From positions 6,635 to 70,634 of the forward strand of contig DAORMJ010000017.1 in NCBI GenBank assembly GCA_035440445.1: a DNA stretch of 64,000 bases, given 5' to 3'. Both the position numbers and the translations under genes were made by a program. Shown here in pieces: positions 33,410 to 41,938 of this stretch. The DNA comes from Xanthobacteraceae bacterium. Its GTDB lineage: Bacteria > Pseudomonadota > Alphaproteobacteria > Rhizobiales > Xanthobacteraceae. The notes under the pieces are model-generated. The model made no database searches. It saw only the letters and a program-made list of their open reading frames with translations, and was not told the origin of the DNA. The stretch's first letter is position 1. Each line of letters opens with the position of its first letter.

Positions 33410-34423
33410 ATGGCGCTCGGCCGCGCACGCGCTGATCGAAGGGTCGATTACTGGCCGGGCTTCGTCGATGCGCTTTCGACGCTGCTGCTGGTGTTCATCT
33501 TCCTGATCTCGATCTTCACGGTCGCGCAGTTCTTCCTGAGCCGCGAAATCGCAGGCAAGCAGGATCAGGTTGCGCGGCTGCAGGTGCAGCTCAAGCAGTT
33601 CGCCGATCTCTTGTCGCTCGAACGGGCGACCGCGAGCTCGCTCGAAGACCAGCTTTCAGGCTTGCGCGCGAGCTTACGCACAGCCGAAGCCGAACGCGAC
33701 AAGCTGCGCGGCGACAACACCGCGGTCGGCGACGCCAGGGGACAGATTCAATCGCTCGCGACCGATCTGGAAGCCGAGAAAAAACTGAGCGAGCAGCAGA
33801 TTTCGCAAATCTCGCTCCTGAACCAGCAACTGGCTGCCCTTCGCCGCCAGATCGGCGCGCTGGAAGCTGCGCTCGAGGCTTCCGAAAAGCGCGACAAAGA
33901 AAGCCAGACCAAGATTTCCGATCTCGGCTCGCGTCTGAACGTCGCGCTCGCGCAGCGCGTGCAGGAATTGAGCCGCTACCGCTCCGATTTCTTCGGGCGG
34001 CTTCGCGAAGTGCTCGGCAACCGGCCGGAAATCCGCATCGTCGGCGACCGCTTCGTGTTTCAGTCCGAGGTTTTCTTCGATCCCGGCTCCGCCGAACTGA
34101 AGGAAGGTGCCACGCCCGAACTCGACAAGCTGGCGACGGCACTCCTCGAACTCATCGACAAGATTCCGAAAGACATTCCCTGGGTATTGCGCGTCGATGG
34201 TCACACCGACGTGCGGCCGATTTCGAATGCGCGCTTCCCTTCGAACTGGGAGTTGTCGGCGTCCCGCGCGATTTCGGTGGTGAAGTATCTCATCACGCGC
34301 GGCATCTCCGCGGATCGCATGGTCGCGGCAGGCTTCGGCGAATTCCAGCCGATCGATCCCGCCAACAACGACGACGCCTATCGCCGCAACCGCCGCATCG
34401 AGTTGAAAATCACCGAGCGTTGA
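33410..34423 (+). CDS. MotB/OmpA-like peptidoglycan-binding protein with long coiled-coil linker (orphan stator B subunit)
   Basis: 337 aa. MotB-type anchor YWPGFVDALSTLLLVFIFL with the Asp retained. About 170 aa of coiled-coil-like sequence. OmpA domain LRVDGHTDVRPI...NWELSASRA...NRRIELKI. Starts 2 nt after the upstream stop. Confidence 0.8.
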   Translation: MALGRARADRRVDYWPGFVDALSTLLLVFIFLISIFTVAQFFLSREIAGKQDQVARLQVQLKQFADLLSLERATASSLEDQLSGLRASLRTAEAERDKLRGDNTAVGDARGQIQSLATDLEAEKKLSEQQISQISLLNQQLAALRRQIGALEAALEASEKRDKESQTKISDLGSRLNVALAQRVQELSRYRSDFFGRLREVLGNRPEIRIVGDRFVFQSEVFFDPGSAELKEGATPELDKLATALLELIDKIPKDIPWVLRVDGHTDVRPISNARFPSNWELSASRAISVVKYLITRGISADRMVAAGFGEFQPIDPANNDDAYRRNRRIELKITER

Positions 34424-34432
34424 TCTTGTTCA

Positions 34433-34542
34433 CTGTCATTCCGGGGCGCGAGCAACGCTCGCGAACCCGGAATCCAAAGCCACTTGCGCAAGCTGTCCTG
34501 GATTCCGGATCGCGCGCTAAAGCGCGCGTCCGGAATGACAGG
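34433..34542. repeat. composite REP-like element (GTCATTCCGG family), full copy
   Basis: The ends ctgtcattccgg...ccggaatgacag are inverted. It contains two GC-rich hairpin modules. Its reverse complement matches 63901-63943 with one mismatch in the first 42 nt, and the GGATTCCGGGTTCGC module is also shared. Confidence 0.85.
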
Positions 34543-34559
34543 TTTAGACTGTTCGCGCT

Positions 34560-36353
34560 TTACTGATTACCGAACTGCAGCGCCGCCAGTCGCGCGTAGA
34601 GCCCGCCGTTCGCGGAAAGCGCGGCATGCGTCCCTTCCTCGACCACAGCCCCCTTCTGCAGCACGACGATCCGGTCCGCGCCGAGCACGGTTGCAAGCCG
34701 GTGCGCAATCACGAGCGACGTGCGCCCAGCCATGATCCGCTCGAGCGCCTGCTGCACCAACGCTTCGCTTTCCGCATCCAGTGCGGAGGTCGCTTCGTCG
34801 AGCAGCAACACAGGCGCATCGCGCAGCACCGCGCGCGCGATCGCAAGCCGCTGGCGCTGGCCGCCGGATAACGTCACGCCCCGCTCGCCGACCATGGTCG
34901 CGTAGCCTTGCGGCAGGTTGCGCACGAACTCGTCGACCAGCGCGGTCTCAGCCGCGCGCTTCACTTCTTCGTCGCTTGCACCGGGCCGGCCATAGCGGAT
35001 GTTGTCCGCGATCGAGGCCGCGAAAATCGCAGGCTCCTGCGGCACCAGAGCGATGTGCTTGCGGACCTGCGGCGGATCGGCCTTCGCGATATCGACCCCG
35101 TCGAGCAGAATGCGGCCTGACTCCGGGTCGTCGAAACGAAGCAGCAGATGAAAGATCGTGCTCTTGCCGGCACCGGAAGGACCGACGATCGCGATCCGCT
35201 CGCCGGAGGCGGCTGCGAACGTAACGTCGCGCAAGACCGGCGCGTCGCGCAGCGAGGGATAAGCGTAGCTCACGTTCTCGAACTTCACCTCGCCGCGCGG
35301 CTTCGCGGGCAACACGAGCGGTACGGCAGGAGCCTTGATCGCAGGCTCGATATGCAGGAGTTCAACGATGCGCTCCGCAGCACCTGCCGTCTGCGAAATT
35401 TCGCCGCCGACTTCGGCAAGCGCGCCGAGCGCACCTGCGGCGAATACCGCATAGAGCACGAACTGCCCGAGCGTACCCGGCGTCATGTCGCCGGCAAGCA
35501 CGCTCTGCGCCCCGGACCACAGGATCAGCACGACGGAGGCAAAGGCGAGGAAGATCGCGATTGCGGTCAGGAACGAGCGCGAGCGCGTGGCATCTTTCGC
35601 AGCGTCGAACGCCTCCTCGACCGCGGCGCTGAAACGTTGCCGCGCACTTTCCTCCGCCGTCATCGCCTGTACGGTACGCACCGCACCGATGGCCTCGACC
35701 GCAAAGGCCGTGGCATCCGCAAGCTTGTCCTGCGCGAGCCGCGCACGCCGCCGCACCGCGCGGCCGAAGCCGAACAGCGGCAGCATCACACCCGGAATCG
35801 CGATCAGCACCAGCATCGAAAGTTTCGGACTGGTGATGACCATCATCACCGCGGCACCGAGGAGCAAAAGCACATTGCGAAGCGCGATCGACGCCGTGGA
35901 GCCGACCGCAGACTTGATCTGCACCGTGTCGGCGGTCAGCCGCGAACTGATCTCGCCCGCCCGCGCGCTATCGAAAAAACCGGCATCGAGCGAAATGATG
36001 CGCGCGAAGACCGCGCTGCGCAGGTCCGCGATCACGCGCTCGCCGATGGTGGTGACGAGGTAGTAGCGAGCGGCGCTCGCCAGCGCGAGCACGGCGACCA
36101 CGCCGAGGATCGCGAGAAAATACTGGTTGATGGTCCCGCTGGCATTGGCGGCGAAGCCGAGGTCGATCATACGGCGGACGGCAAGCGGGATCGCGAGCGT
36201 CGCCAGCGCCGCGACAAAAAGCGCAGCCAGCGCCAGCAGGAAGCGGCCGGGATAGCGCAGCACGAAAGGCATCAGCGCCAGGAGAGGCCGGAACCGGCCT
36301 TTTGGGCTGTTTTCAGGCCCTTTTGGCAGGGTGGAAGGCTCGGCTTGAGTCAC
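34560..36353 (-). CDS. ABC exporter, fused permease/ATPase (MsbA-like family)
   Basis: 597 aa. Six-TM N-terminal half. Walker A GPSGAGKST, signature LSGGQRQRLAIARA, Walker B LLLDEATSALD. Confidence 0.9.
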   Translation of the reverse strand: MTQAEPSTLPKGPENSPKGRFRPLLALMPFVLRYPGRFLLALAALFVAALATLAIPLAVRRMIDLGFAANASGTINQYFLAILGVVAVLALASAARYYLVTTIGERVIADLRSAVFARIISLDAGFFDSARAGEISSRLTADTVQIKSAVGSTASIALRNVLLLLGAAVMMVITSPKLSMLVLIAIPGVMLPLFGFGRAVRRRARLAQDKLADATAFAVEAIGAVRTVQAMTAEESARQRFSAAVEEAFDAAKDATRSRSFLTAIAIFLAFASVVLILWSGAQSVLAGDMTPGTLGQFVLYAVFAAGALGALAEVGGEISQTAGAAERIVELLHIEPAIKAPAVPLVLPAKPRGEVKFENVSYAYPSLRDAPVLRDVTFAAASGERIAIVGPSGAGKSTIFHLLLRFDDPESGRILLDGVDIAKADPPQVRKHIALVPQEPAIFAASIADNIRYGRPGASDEEVKRAAETALVDEFVRNLPQGYATMVGERGVTLSGGQRQRLAIARAVLRDAPVLLLDEATSALDAESEALVQQALERIMAGRTSLVIAHRLATVLGADRIVVLQKGAVVEEGTHAALSANGGLYARLAALQFGNQ

Positions 36354-36448
36354 AGGAAGGTCTCGGCTATATCGCCCGCCAACCAGCAGGGCTTTTCAAG
36401 AATTTCGACCGGCGCGCGCCCCGCCCGCGCTAGGCAGAGGATTTGGCG

Positions 36449-36679
36449 ATGAAAGAAGGCATTCACCCCGACTATCACAACATCAAGGTCGTGATGACGG
36501 ACGGCTCGGAATACACGACGCGCTCGACCTGGGGCAAGGAGGGCGACACCCTCAACCTCGACATCGATCCGAAGACGCACCCGGCATGGACCGGCGGTTC
36601 GGCGCAGTTGCTCGACCGCGGCGGCCGTCTCTCGCGCTTCAAGAACCGCTTCGGCACCATCGGCGCCGCGAAGAAGTAA
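36449..36679 (+). CDS. rpmE: 50S ribosomal protein L31
   Basis: [50 protein letters not shown]. The ATG at 36449 has a GAGGA SD 7 nt upstream. The track starts 2 codons earlier at a TTG. Confidence 0.95.
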   Translation: MKEGIHPDYHNIKVVMTDGSEYTTRSTWGKEGDTLNLDIDPKTHPAWTGGSAQLLDRGGRLSRFKNRFGTIGAAKK

Positions 36680-36705
36680 GCGAACACGAGCTTCCGAAAT
36701 ACAAA

Positions 36706-36738
36706 ATCCCCGCAGGCGACTGCGGGGATTTTTGTTTG
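36706..36738. terminator. bidirectional Rho-independent terminator (rpmE / rcdA-like gene)
   Basis: ATCCCCGCAG-GCGA-CTGCGGGGAT is flanked by an A-run on the left and TTTTGTTTG on the right. Confidence 0.8.
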
Positions 36739-36762
36739 TGCTTCGCGCTGGAAGAAAGCGCG

Positions 36763-37284
36763 TCAGCGCTTCGTATCAAACGCCGCGCGCAACAGGCCCA
36801 TCTGCGCTTCCACCGGATTGGCCGCCGCAATCTTCTCGGGAGCTTGCGGATTATAGATGAGTTGATCGAGCCGCAGCACCTGTTCGTGCACGCTGCGCGA
36901 ATTCTCGATCAGGTCCTGCAGGCGTTGGGGGAGCGACGCCATGGATTCCTCATGCGAGGATTCCCATGTCGACAGTTTGACTTTGGTCTTTTCCGTCTTC
37001 GCCTGATCGAAGGTCAGTTCGCCCTCGTTCACCGCGCGCTGCAACAGGAGCCACGAGGCGATCTGCATGAGCCGCGTCGTGAGCCGCATCGATTCCGTCG
37101 CATAAGCAAGGGCTGCGTGACGCGGCAACGCCTTGGCTTCGCCGCGGCCGGGTCCGTCGAGATAAGCGGCGGTCGCCTCGACCAGCGCCATGCCTTCGCG
37201 AAACAGCGAACCGAACTGCTCGCCCTGCACCATGCGCACTGCGAGTTGAACCGGACGATCTCTTTTCTCGATTGCGTCTGACAT
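36763..37284 (-). CDS. rcdA: DUF1465 family protein (RcdA-like regulator of CtrA degradation)
   Basis: Start at the ATG at 37284 (MSDAIEKRDRPVQLAVRMVQGEQFGSLFREGMALVEATAAYLDG...MRLTTRLMQIASWLLLQRAV). This matches my memory of the DUF1465/RcdA family. Confidence 0.6.
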   Translation of the reverse strand: MSDAIEKRDRPVQLAVRMVQGEQFGSLFREGMALVEATAAYLDGPGRGEAKALPRHAALAYATESMRLTTRLMQIASWLLLQRAVNEGELTFDQAKTEKTKVKLSTWESSHEESMASLPQRLQDLIENSRSVHEQVLRLDQLIYNPQAPEKIAAANPVEAQMGLLRAAFDTKR

Positions 37285-37430
37285 CTTTTCCCCGGTGCGT
37301 CCCGGCACCGGACCCTCTTTAGCCCATCCTGCCGCACCATCGAAAGTCTGATCGTGACCGGCAGCGAGAAACTTGTTTGCAAGTTGCACGCCGCCCACAC
37401 TGTCCGGCTTCGGGACAAAAAACCGGCTTC

Positions 37431-37545
37431 AAAATAAAAAAAGAGCCGCCCAAAGGAGCGGCTCTGAAGTCATTTCACAGGGAGGCGTCAAACAGAGTGG
37501 ACAAGAGCCACTCGACGTCCAAAAGCTGGACACACGAAACAATGA
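37431..37545 (-). ncRNA. candidate sRNA or processed 3'UTR with CCUCCC motif
   Basis: The minus strand reads GUCCAGCUUUUGGAC (hairpin), GAGUGGCUCUUGUCCACUC (hairpin), single-stranded UGUUUGACGCCUCCCUGUGAAAUGACUUC, then terminator AGAGCCGC-UCCUUUGG-GCGGCUCU plus UUUUUUUAUUUU. The 5' end is not defined. Confidence 0.35.
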
Positions 37546-37591
37546 TCCCGAAACCTTAATGGGTGGTTAAAGCGTAAAATTGTAATGAATC

Positions 37592-37783
37592 TCAGCGCTT
37601 GAAGAAGGCGTCCGCGGCCGTCTTCGATGCCTCCTTGCGCGCGATGTCCGCCTTCAGCCGCGCGATCTCCTCGAGCAATAGTGCAATGCGCTCGCGCAAT
37701 TCTGCGGCGGAAATCATCGACAGGTCTGCGCCGATCTCATGCGCGATCTTTTTCTTTGGGCGATCGTCGTCTTCCGTCCGCAT
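37592..37783 (-). CDS. DUF1192 family small protein
   Basis: 63 aa. DLSMISAAELRERIALLLEEIARLKADIARKEASKTAADAFF is the typical DUF1192 pattern. Confidence 0.75.
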   Translation of the reverse strand: MRTEDDDRPKKKIAHEIGADLSMISAAELRERIALLLEEIARLKADIARKEASKTAADAFFKR

Positions 37784-37885
37784 AGCAGGCTCCTGTTTCG
37801 GCGCAATCTAGCGGGCCTTGCGCGCGATTGTCATGGCCGGTCGCAGGTCTTAGACCATGCTCCGAGCCATTTCTGGAGCAAGCGA

Positions 37886-38884
37886 ATGTCCCTGCCCGAC
37901 AAGATGACCGTTATCGCAATGACCACGCCCGGCGATCCGGATGTGTTGCAGCCGCAGCAGCGCGACCTGCCGAAGCCGGAGGGAACACAGATCCTCGTCC
38001 GCGTTCGTGCCGCCGGCGTGAACCGTCCCGACGTCATGCAGCGGCAGGGCAAATATCCGCCGCCGCCGGGCGCGCCGGATTTTCCGGGGCTCGAGATCGC
38101 TGGCGAAGTGGCAAGCCTCGGCGCGAAAGCGTCGCGCTGGAAGGTTGGCGACAAGGTATGCGCGCTCGTGCCGGGCGGCGGCTATGCCGAATATGCGCTG
38201 GTCGATGAAACCAACGCGCTTCCGGTTCCGAACGGATTTTCCTTCGTCGAAGCAGCAGCACTTCCCGAAACCTTCTTCACGGTCTGGCACAACGTATTCG
38301 AGCGCGGCCGCCTGCAGGCCGGCGAGACCATGCTCATTCACGGCGGCACGAGCGGCATCGGCACCACCGCGATCATGCTGGCCAAGGCCTTCGGCGCGAA
38401 GGCGATTGCGACCGCGGGCTCGAAAGACAAGACCGACGCCTGTCTCAAGCTCGGCGCGGATTTCGCGATCGACTACAAGACGCAGGACTTCGTGGCGCTG
38501 ACCAAGGAGCACACCGGCGGCAAGGGCGCGGACCTGATCGTGGACATGGTCGGCGGCGACTATGTCGATCGCAATCTCGATGCCGCGGCGGTCGAAGGCC
38601 GCATCGTGCAGATCGCGACCCAGCGCGGCTTCAAGGTCGAGATGAACATCCTCAAGATCATGGGCAAGCGCCTGACCTTCACCGGCTCGACGCTGCGGCC
38701 GCGGCCGGTCTCCGACAAGGCCGCGATCGCGGAAGCGCTCCGCGCCAAGGTCTGGCCGCTCCTCGACCAGGGCAAGATCAAGCCGGTGATCGATTCGACC
38801 TTCCCGCTTGCCGAGGCCAACAAGGCCCACGCGCGGATGGAGGCGAGCACCCACGTCGGTAAAATCGTGCTGACGGTCGGCTAG
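37886..38884 (+). CDS. NAD(P)H:quinone oxidoreductase (zinc-independent MDR/Qor family)
   Basis: Start at the ATG at 37886 (MSLPDKMTVIAMTTPGDPDVLQ...). Motifs NRPDVMQRQGKYPPPPG and GGTSGIGTTAIMLAK. Confidence 0.85.
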   Translation: MSLPDKMTVIAMTTPGDPDVLQPQQRDLPKPEGTQILVRVRAAGVNRPDVMQRQGKYPPPPGAPDFPGLEIAGEVASLGAKASRWKVGDKVCALVPGGGYAEYALVDETNALPVPNGFSFVEAAALPETFFTVWHNVFERGRLQAGETMLIHGGTSGIGTTAIMLAKAFGAKAIATAGSKDKTDACLKLGADFAIDYKTQDFVALTKEHTGGKGADLIVDMVGGDYVDRNLDAAAVEGRIVQIATQRGFKVEMNILKIMGKRLTFTGSTLRPRPVSDKAAIAEALRAKVWPLLDQGKIKPVIDSTFPLAEANKAHARMEASTHVGKIVLTVG

Positions 38885-38935
38885 GCCGCAGGGCACGCCT
38901 CGCGGCGGGGCAATTAACCTCGATTTTTCCTTGCC

Positions 38936-41929
38936 TTGCGGCCGCCGCAAGCGGCGGGTACTGCTTACCGCTGGCCGGGAGGGGGTTTCCGGGCCGCGCC
39001 CGGAGGGTACCGAATTTTGCGGTTCGGAAGGCTGGTATTTGCGTGCTTCGCCCTGCTTGCGGCTTTCGCGAGCTTTGCGCCCGCGCGCGCGGTCGAAGCC
39101 GTCATCATCCGGCCGAACACCCCCGCCCTCGACCTCCTGCCCGCCGCCGAGCGTCACACCACCGAAGGCGACCGCCTGCAGGTCTCGACAGCACCCGGTG
39201 CCGACGGCATCGTTCGCCGCATCGAGGTCCGCGCCCGCAACGCGCGCGGCACCACCCACTGGCTCGTCTTCGCGCTTTCGAACAATACCGACGAGCAGGT
39301 CGACCGCCTTCTGGTGGCGCCCAACTACCTGATGTCGGGCTCCGGCATTTTCTGGCCGGACCTCGGCGAGTCCCGGATCGTAAACCTCACGCCGAGCCAG
39401 GGCTTCCGCCCCGACCGCCAGAATGCGAGCGACGCCTCGGTCTATCTCATCACCATGGACCCCGGCTCGACCGTCACCTTCGTGGTCGAACTGGCATCCG
39501 CGCAGATCCCGCAGCTTCGCTTGTGGGAGCCACGCGCCTATGAGGCCAAAGTCAACTCGTTCACGCTCTATAACGGCATCGTCATCGGCGTTGCCGGCCT
39601 GCTCGCGTTGTTCCTGACGATTCTCTTCGTCGTGAAGGGCAGCCTGATGTTTCCGGCGGCCGCAGCACTCGCCTGGGCGGTGCTGGCCTATATCGGCTTC
39701 GACTTCAATTTCTGGGCCAAGGTCTTCTCGCTCTCGCCTGCCGCGGAGCAGTTCTGGCGCGCATCCGGCGAAGCCATTCTTGCCGCGACCCTCGTCGTAT
39801 TCCTGTTCGCCTATCTGCATCTCGCGCGCTGGAACGTGCGCTATTCGCAAATGGCCGCGGCATGGCTCGTCTTCCTCGCAGCCCTCGTGGGCCTCGCGCT
39901 GTTCGATCCGGCGATCGCCGCCGGCATCGCGCGCATGTCGCTCCTGGTTGTTGCGATCGCTGGCTTTGGGCTCGTGCTCTATCTCTCGACGCACGGCTTC
40001 GACCGCGCGGTGCTGCTCATTCCCACCTGGTTCCTGCTGACCGTATGGGTGATTGCCACCGGCCTCGTCGTTGCCGGTGCGATCACGAACGACCTTGCCG
40101 CACCTGCCCTTCTCGGCGGTCTAGAGCTGATCGTGATGCTGATCGGCTTCACGGTCATGCAGCACGCCTTTGCCGGCGTTTCCGCCGAAGGCTTGATGAG
40201 CGACGTCGAGCGCCGCGCGCTCGCGGTCACGGGAGCCGGTGAAGTGGTCTGGGACTGGGATGTCATCCGCGACCGCATCTTCGTCAGCCCCGAAGCCGAA
40301 CTGATCCTCGGCCTCAAGCGTGGCGCGCTCGAAACCGACGCCCAGTCCTGGCTCGAATTCGTGCATCCTTCCGATCGCGACCGCACCCGCCTCGCGCTCG
40401 ACGGCATTCTCGACCACCGCCGCGGCCGCATCGTGCAGTCCATTCGTCTCAAGGCGGAGGATGGCCATTATTTCTGGTTTTCGCTCCGCGCGCGCCCCGT
40501 GGTCGGCACCGACGGCGAAGTGCTTCGCGTCGTCGGCACCATGAACGACATCACCGAACTGAAAGTTGCCGAGGAGCGGCTCCTGCAGGATGCGGTGCAC
40601 GACAATCTCACCGGGCTGCCGAACCGCGAGCTTTTCCTCGACCGCCTCGACGCTGCAATTAAGTTCGCGAAAACCGACGAAAAAATCCGCCCCACCCTGA
40701 TCCTGATCGACCTCGACCGCTTCAAGCAGTTGAACACCTCGGTCGGCACCGCCGCGGGCGACTCCATTCTGCTTACGGTGAGCCGCCGCTTGAGCCGCCT
40801 CCTGAAACCGCAGGACACGCTGGCGCGCATTTCCGGCGACCAGTTCGCAATCGTGCTCTTGTCCGAGCGCGAGGCCGAACGCATCACCGCCTTCTCCGAC
40901 ACCATCCGCAGAAGCGTGCGGGCACCCATTGGCTTCGGCGACCGGCAGATTTTTCTTACGGCTTCTATCGGTCTTGCGCTGATCGACGGCCAGACCAAAG
41001 AACGCAACGAGGCGCTGAAAAACGCCGAGCTTGCGATGCACGCGGCCAAGCAGGCCGGCAACGACCGCATCGAGGTGTTCAAGCCTTCGATGCGCACGAA
41101 CAAAGTGGATCGCGTCGCGCTCGAAGCGGATTTGCGCCACGCGCTGGAGCGCGATGAAATCATCATCATGTTCCAGCCGATCATCCGGCTCGAAGATCGC
41201 GCCATCGCCGGCTTCGAAGCCTTGATGCGCTGGAATCATCCGAAGCTCGGCCGTGTGGGCCCTGCCGAATTCATTCCGCTCGCGGAAGAAACCGGCCTCA
41301 TCGTGGATCTCGGGCGTTTCGCGCTGGAGCGCGCCGCGCGCCAGCTTGCGATATGGCAGCGCTCCGCGGTCAGTATCACGCCGCTGTTCCTCAGCGTGAA
41401 CATTTCCTCGCGGCAGTTGATGCGCCACGATCTCATTCAGGACGTGAAGGGCGTGCTGTCGCGGCACACGCTCGCGCCCGGCACGTTGAAGCTGGAACTG
41501 ACCGAGTCGCTGGTGATGGAAAATCCGGAGTTGGCCGCGCAGATGCTCCAGAAAATCCGTGAGTTGGGCGCAGGCCTATCGCTCGACGATTTCGGTACCG
41601 GCTATTCTTCGCTCGCTTACCTGCAGCGCTTCCCCTTCGACACCATCAAGATCGACCAGCAATTCGTGAAGGGTTCGGGTGCGCGGCGCGGTGCGCGTCC
41701 GGTGATCCTGCGCTCTATCGTGCAGCTTGCCCACGATCTCGGCATGGACGTCGTCGCCGAAGGCGCGGAAACGGATTCCGATGCGGTCGAGCTCTACCAG
41801 ATCGGCTGCGAATTCGTGCAGGGCTTTGCTTTCGGCGAACCTATGACGGCCGAGGAGGCGCGCAAGCTGATCGCGCCCGAGCCGAAAGATCGCATTCGCA
41901 CGCGCACCGCGCGGGCGCCGGCGACCTGA
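38936..41929 (+). CDS. 7TM-sensor / PAS / degenerate GGDEF / EAL signalling protein
   Basis: 997 aa. An extracytoplasmic N-domain plus 7 TM (7TMR-DISM-like), then a PAS region (VVWDWDVIRDRIFVSPEAE). The GGDEF domain has SGDQF at the active-site position (40832-40846). The EAL domain is intact (EALMRW at 41216..., DDFGTGYSSL, KIDQQFV). The exact start is uncertain. Confidence 0.85.
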   Translation: MRPPQAAGTAYRWPGGGFRAAPGGYRILRFGRLVFACFALLAAFASFAPARAVEAVIIRPNTPALDLLPAAERHTTEGDRLQVSTAPGADGIVRRIEVRARNARGTTHWLVFALSNNTDEQVDRLLVAPNYLMSGSGIFWPDLGESRIVNLTPSQGFRPDRQNASDASVYLITMDPGSTVTFVVELASAQIPQLRLWEPRAYEAKVNSFTLYNGIVIGVAGLLALFLTILFVVKGSLMFPAAAALAWAVLAYIGFDFNFWAKVFSLSPAAEQFWRASGEAILAATLVVFLFAYLHLARWNVRYSQMAAAWLVFLAALVGLALFDPAIAAGIARMSLLVVAIAGFGLVLYLSTHGFDRAVLLIPTWFLLTVWVIATGLVVAGAITNDLAAPALLGGLELIVMLIGFTVMQHAFAGVSAEGLMSDVERRALAVTGAGEVVWDWDVIRDRIFVSPEAELILGLKRGALETDAQSWLEFVHPSDRDRTRLALDGILDHRRGRIVQSIRLKAEDGHYFWFSLRARPVVGTDGEVLRVVGTMNDITELKVAEERLLQDAVHDNLTGLPNRELFLDRLDAAIKFAKTDEKIRPTLILIDLDRFKQLNTSVGTAAGDSILLTVSRRLSRLLKPQDTLARISGDQFAIVLLSEREAERITAFSDTIRRSVRAPIGFGDRQIFLTASIGLALIDGQTKERNEALKNAELAMHAAKQAGNDRIEVFKPSMRTNKVDRVALEADLRHALERDEIIIMFQPIIRLEDRAIAGFEALMRWNHPKLGRVGPAEFIPLAEETGLIVDLGRFALERAARQLAIWQRSAVSITPLFLSVNISSRQLMRHDLIQDVKGVLSRHTLAPGTLKLELTESLVMENPELAAQMLQKIRELGAGLSLDDFGTGYSSLAYLQRFPFDTIKIDQQFVKGSGARRGARPVILRSIVQLAHDLGMDVVAEGAETDSDAVELYQIGCEFVQGFAFGEPMTAEEARKLIAPEPKDRIRTRTARAPAT

Positions 41930-41938
41930 CGTTTCCGC

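Noticed and set aside
32406-34423. Zorya-type anti-phage system (ZorA/ZorB)
   Set aside because: The MotA-like protein is short (333 aa) and lacks the long ZorA tail. The coiled coil is on the MotB-like partner instead. No ZorC/D/E-like helicase or nuclease genes are adjacent, and the context is housekeeping. I kept it as an orphan stator finding rather than a defence call.
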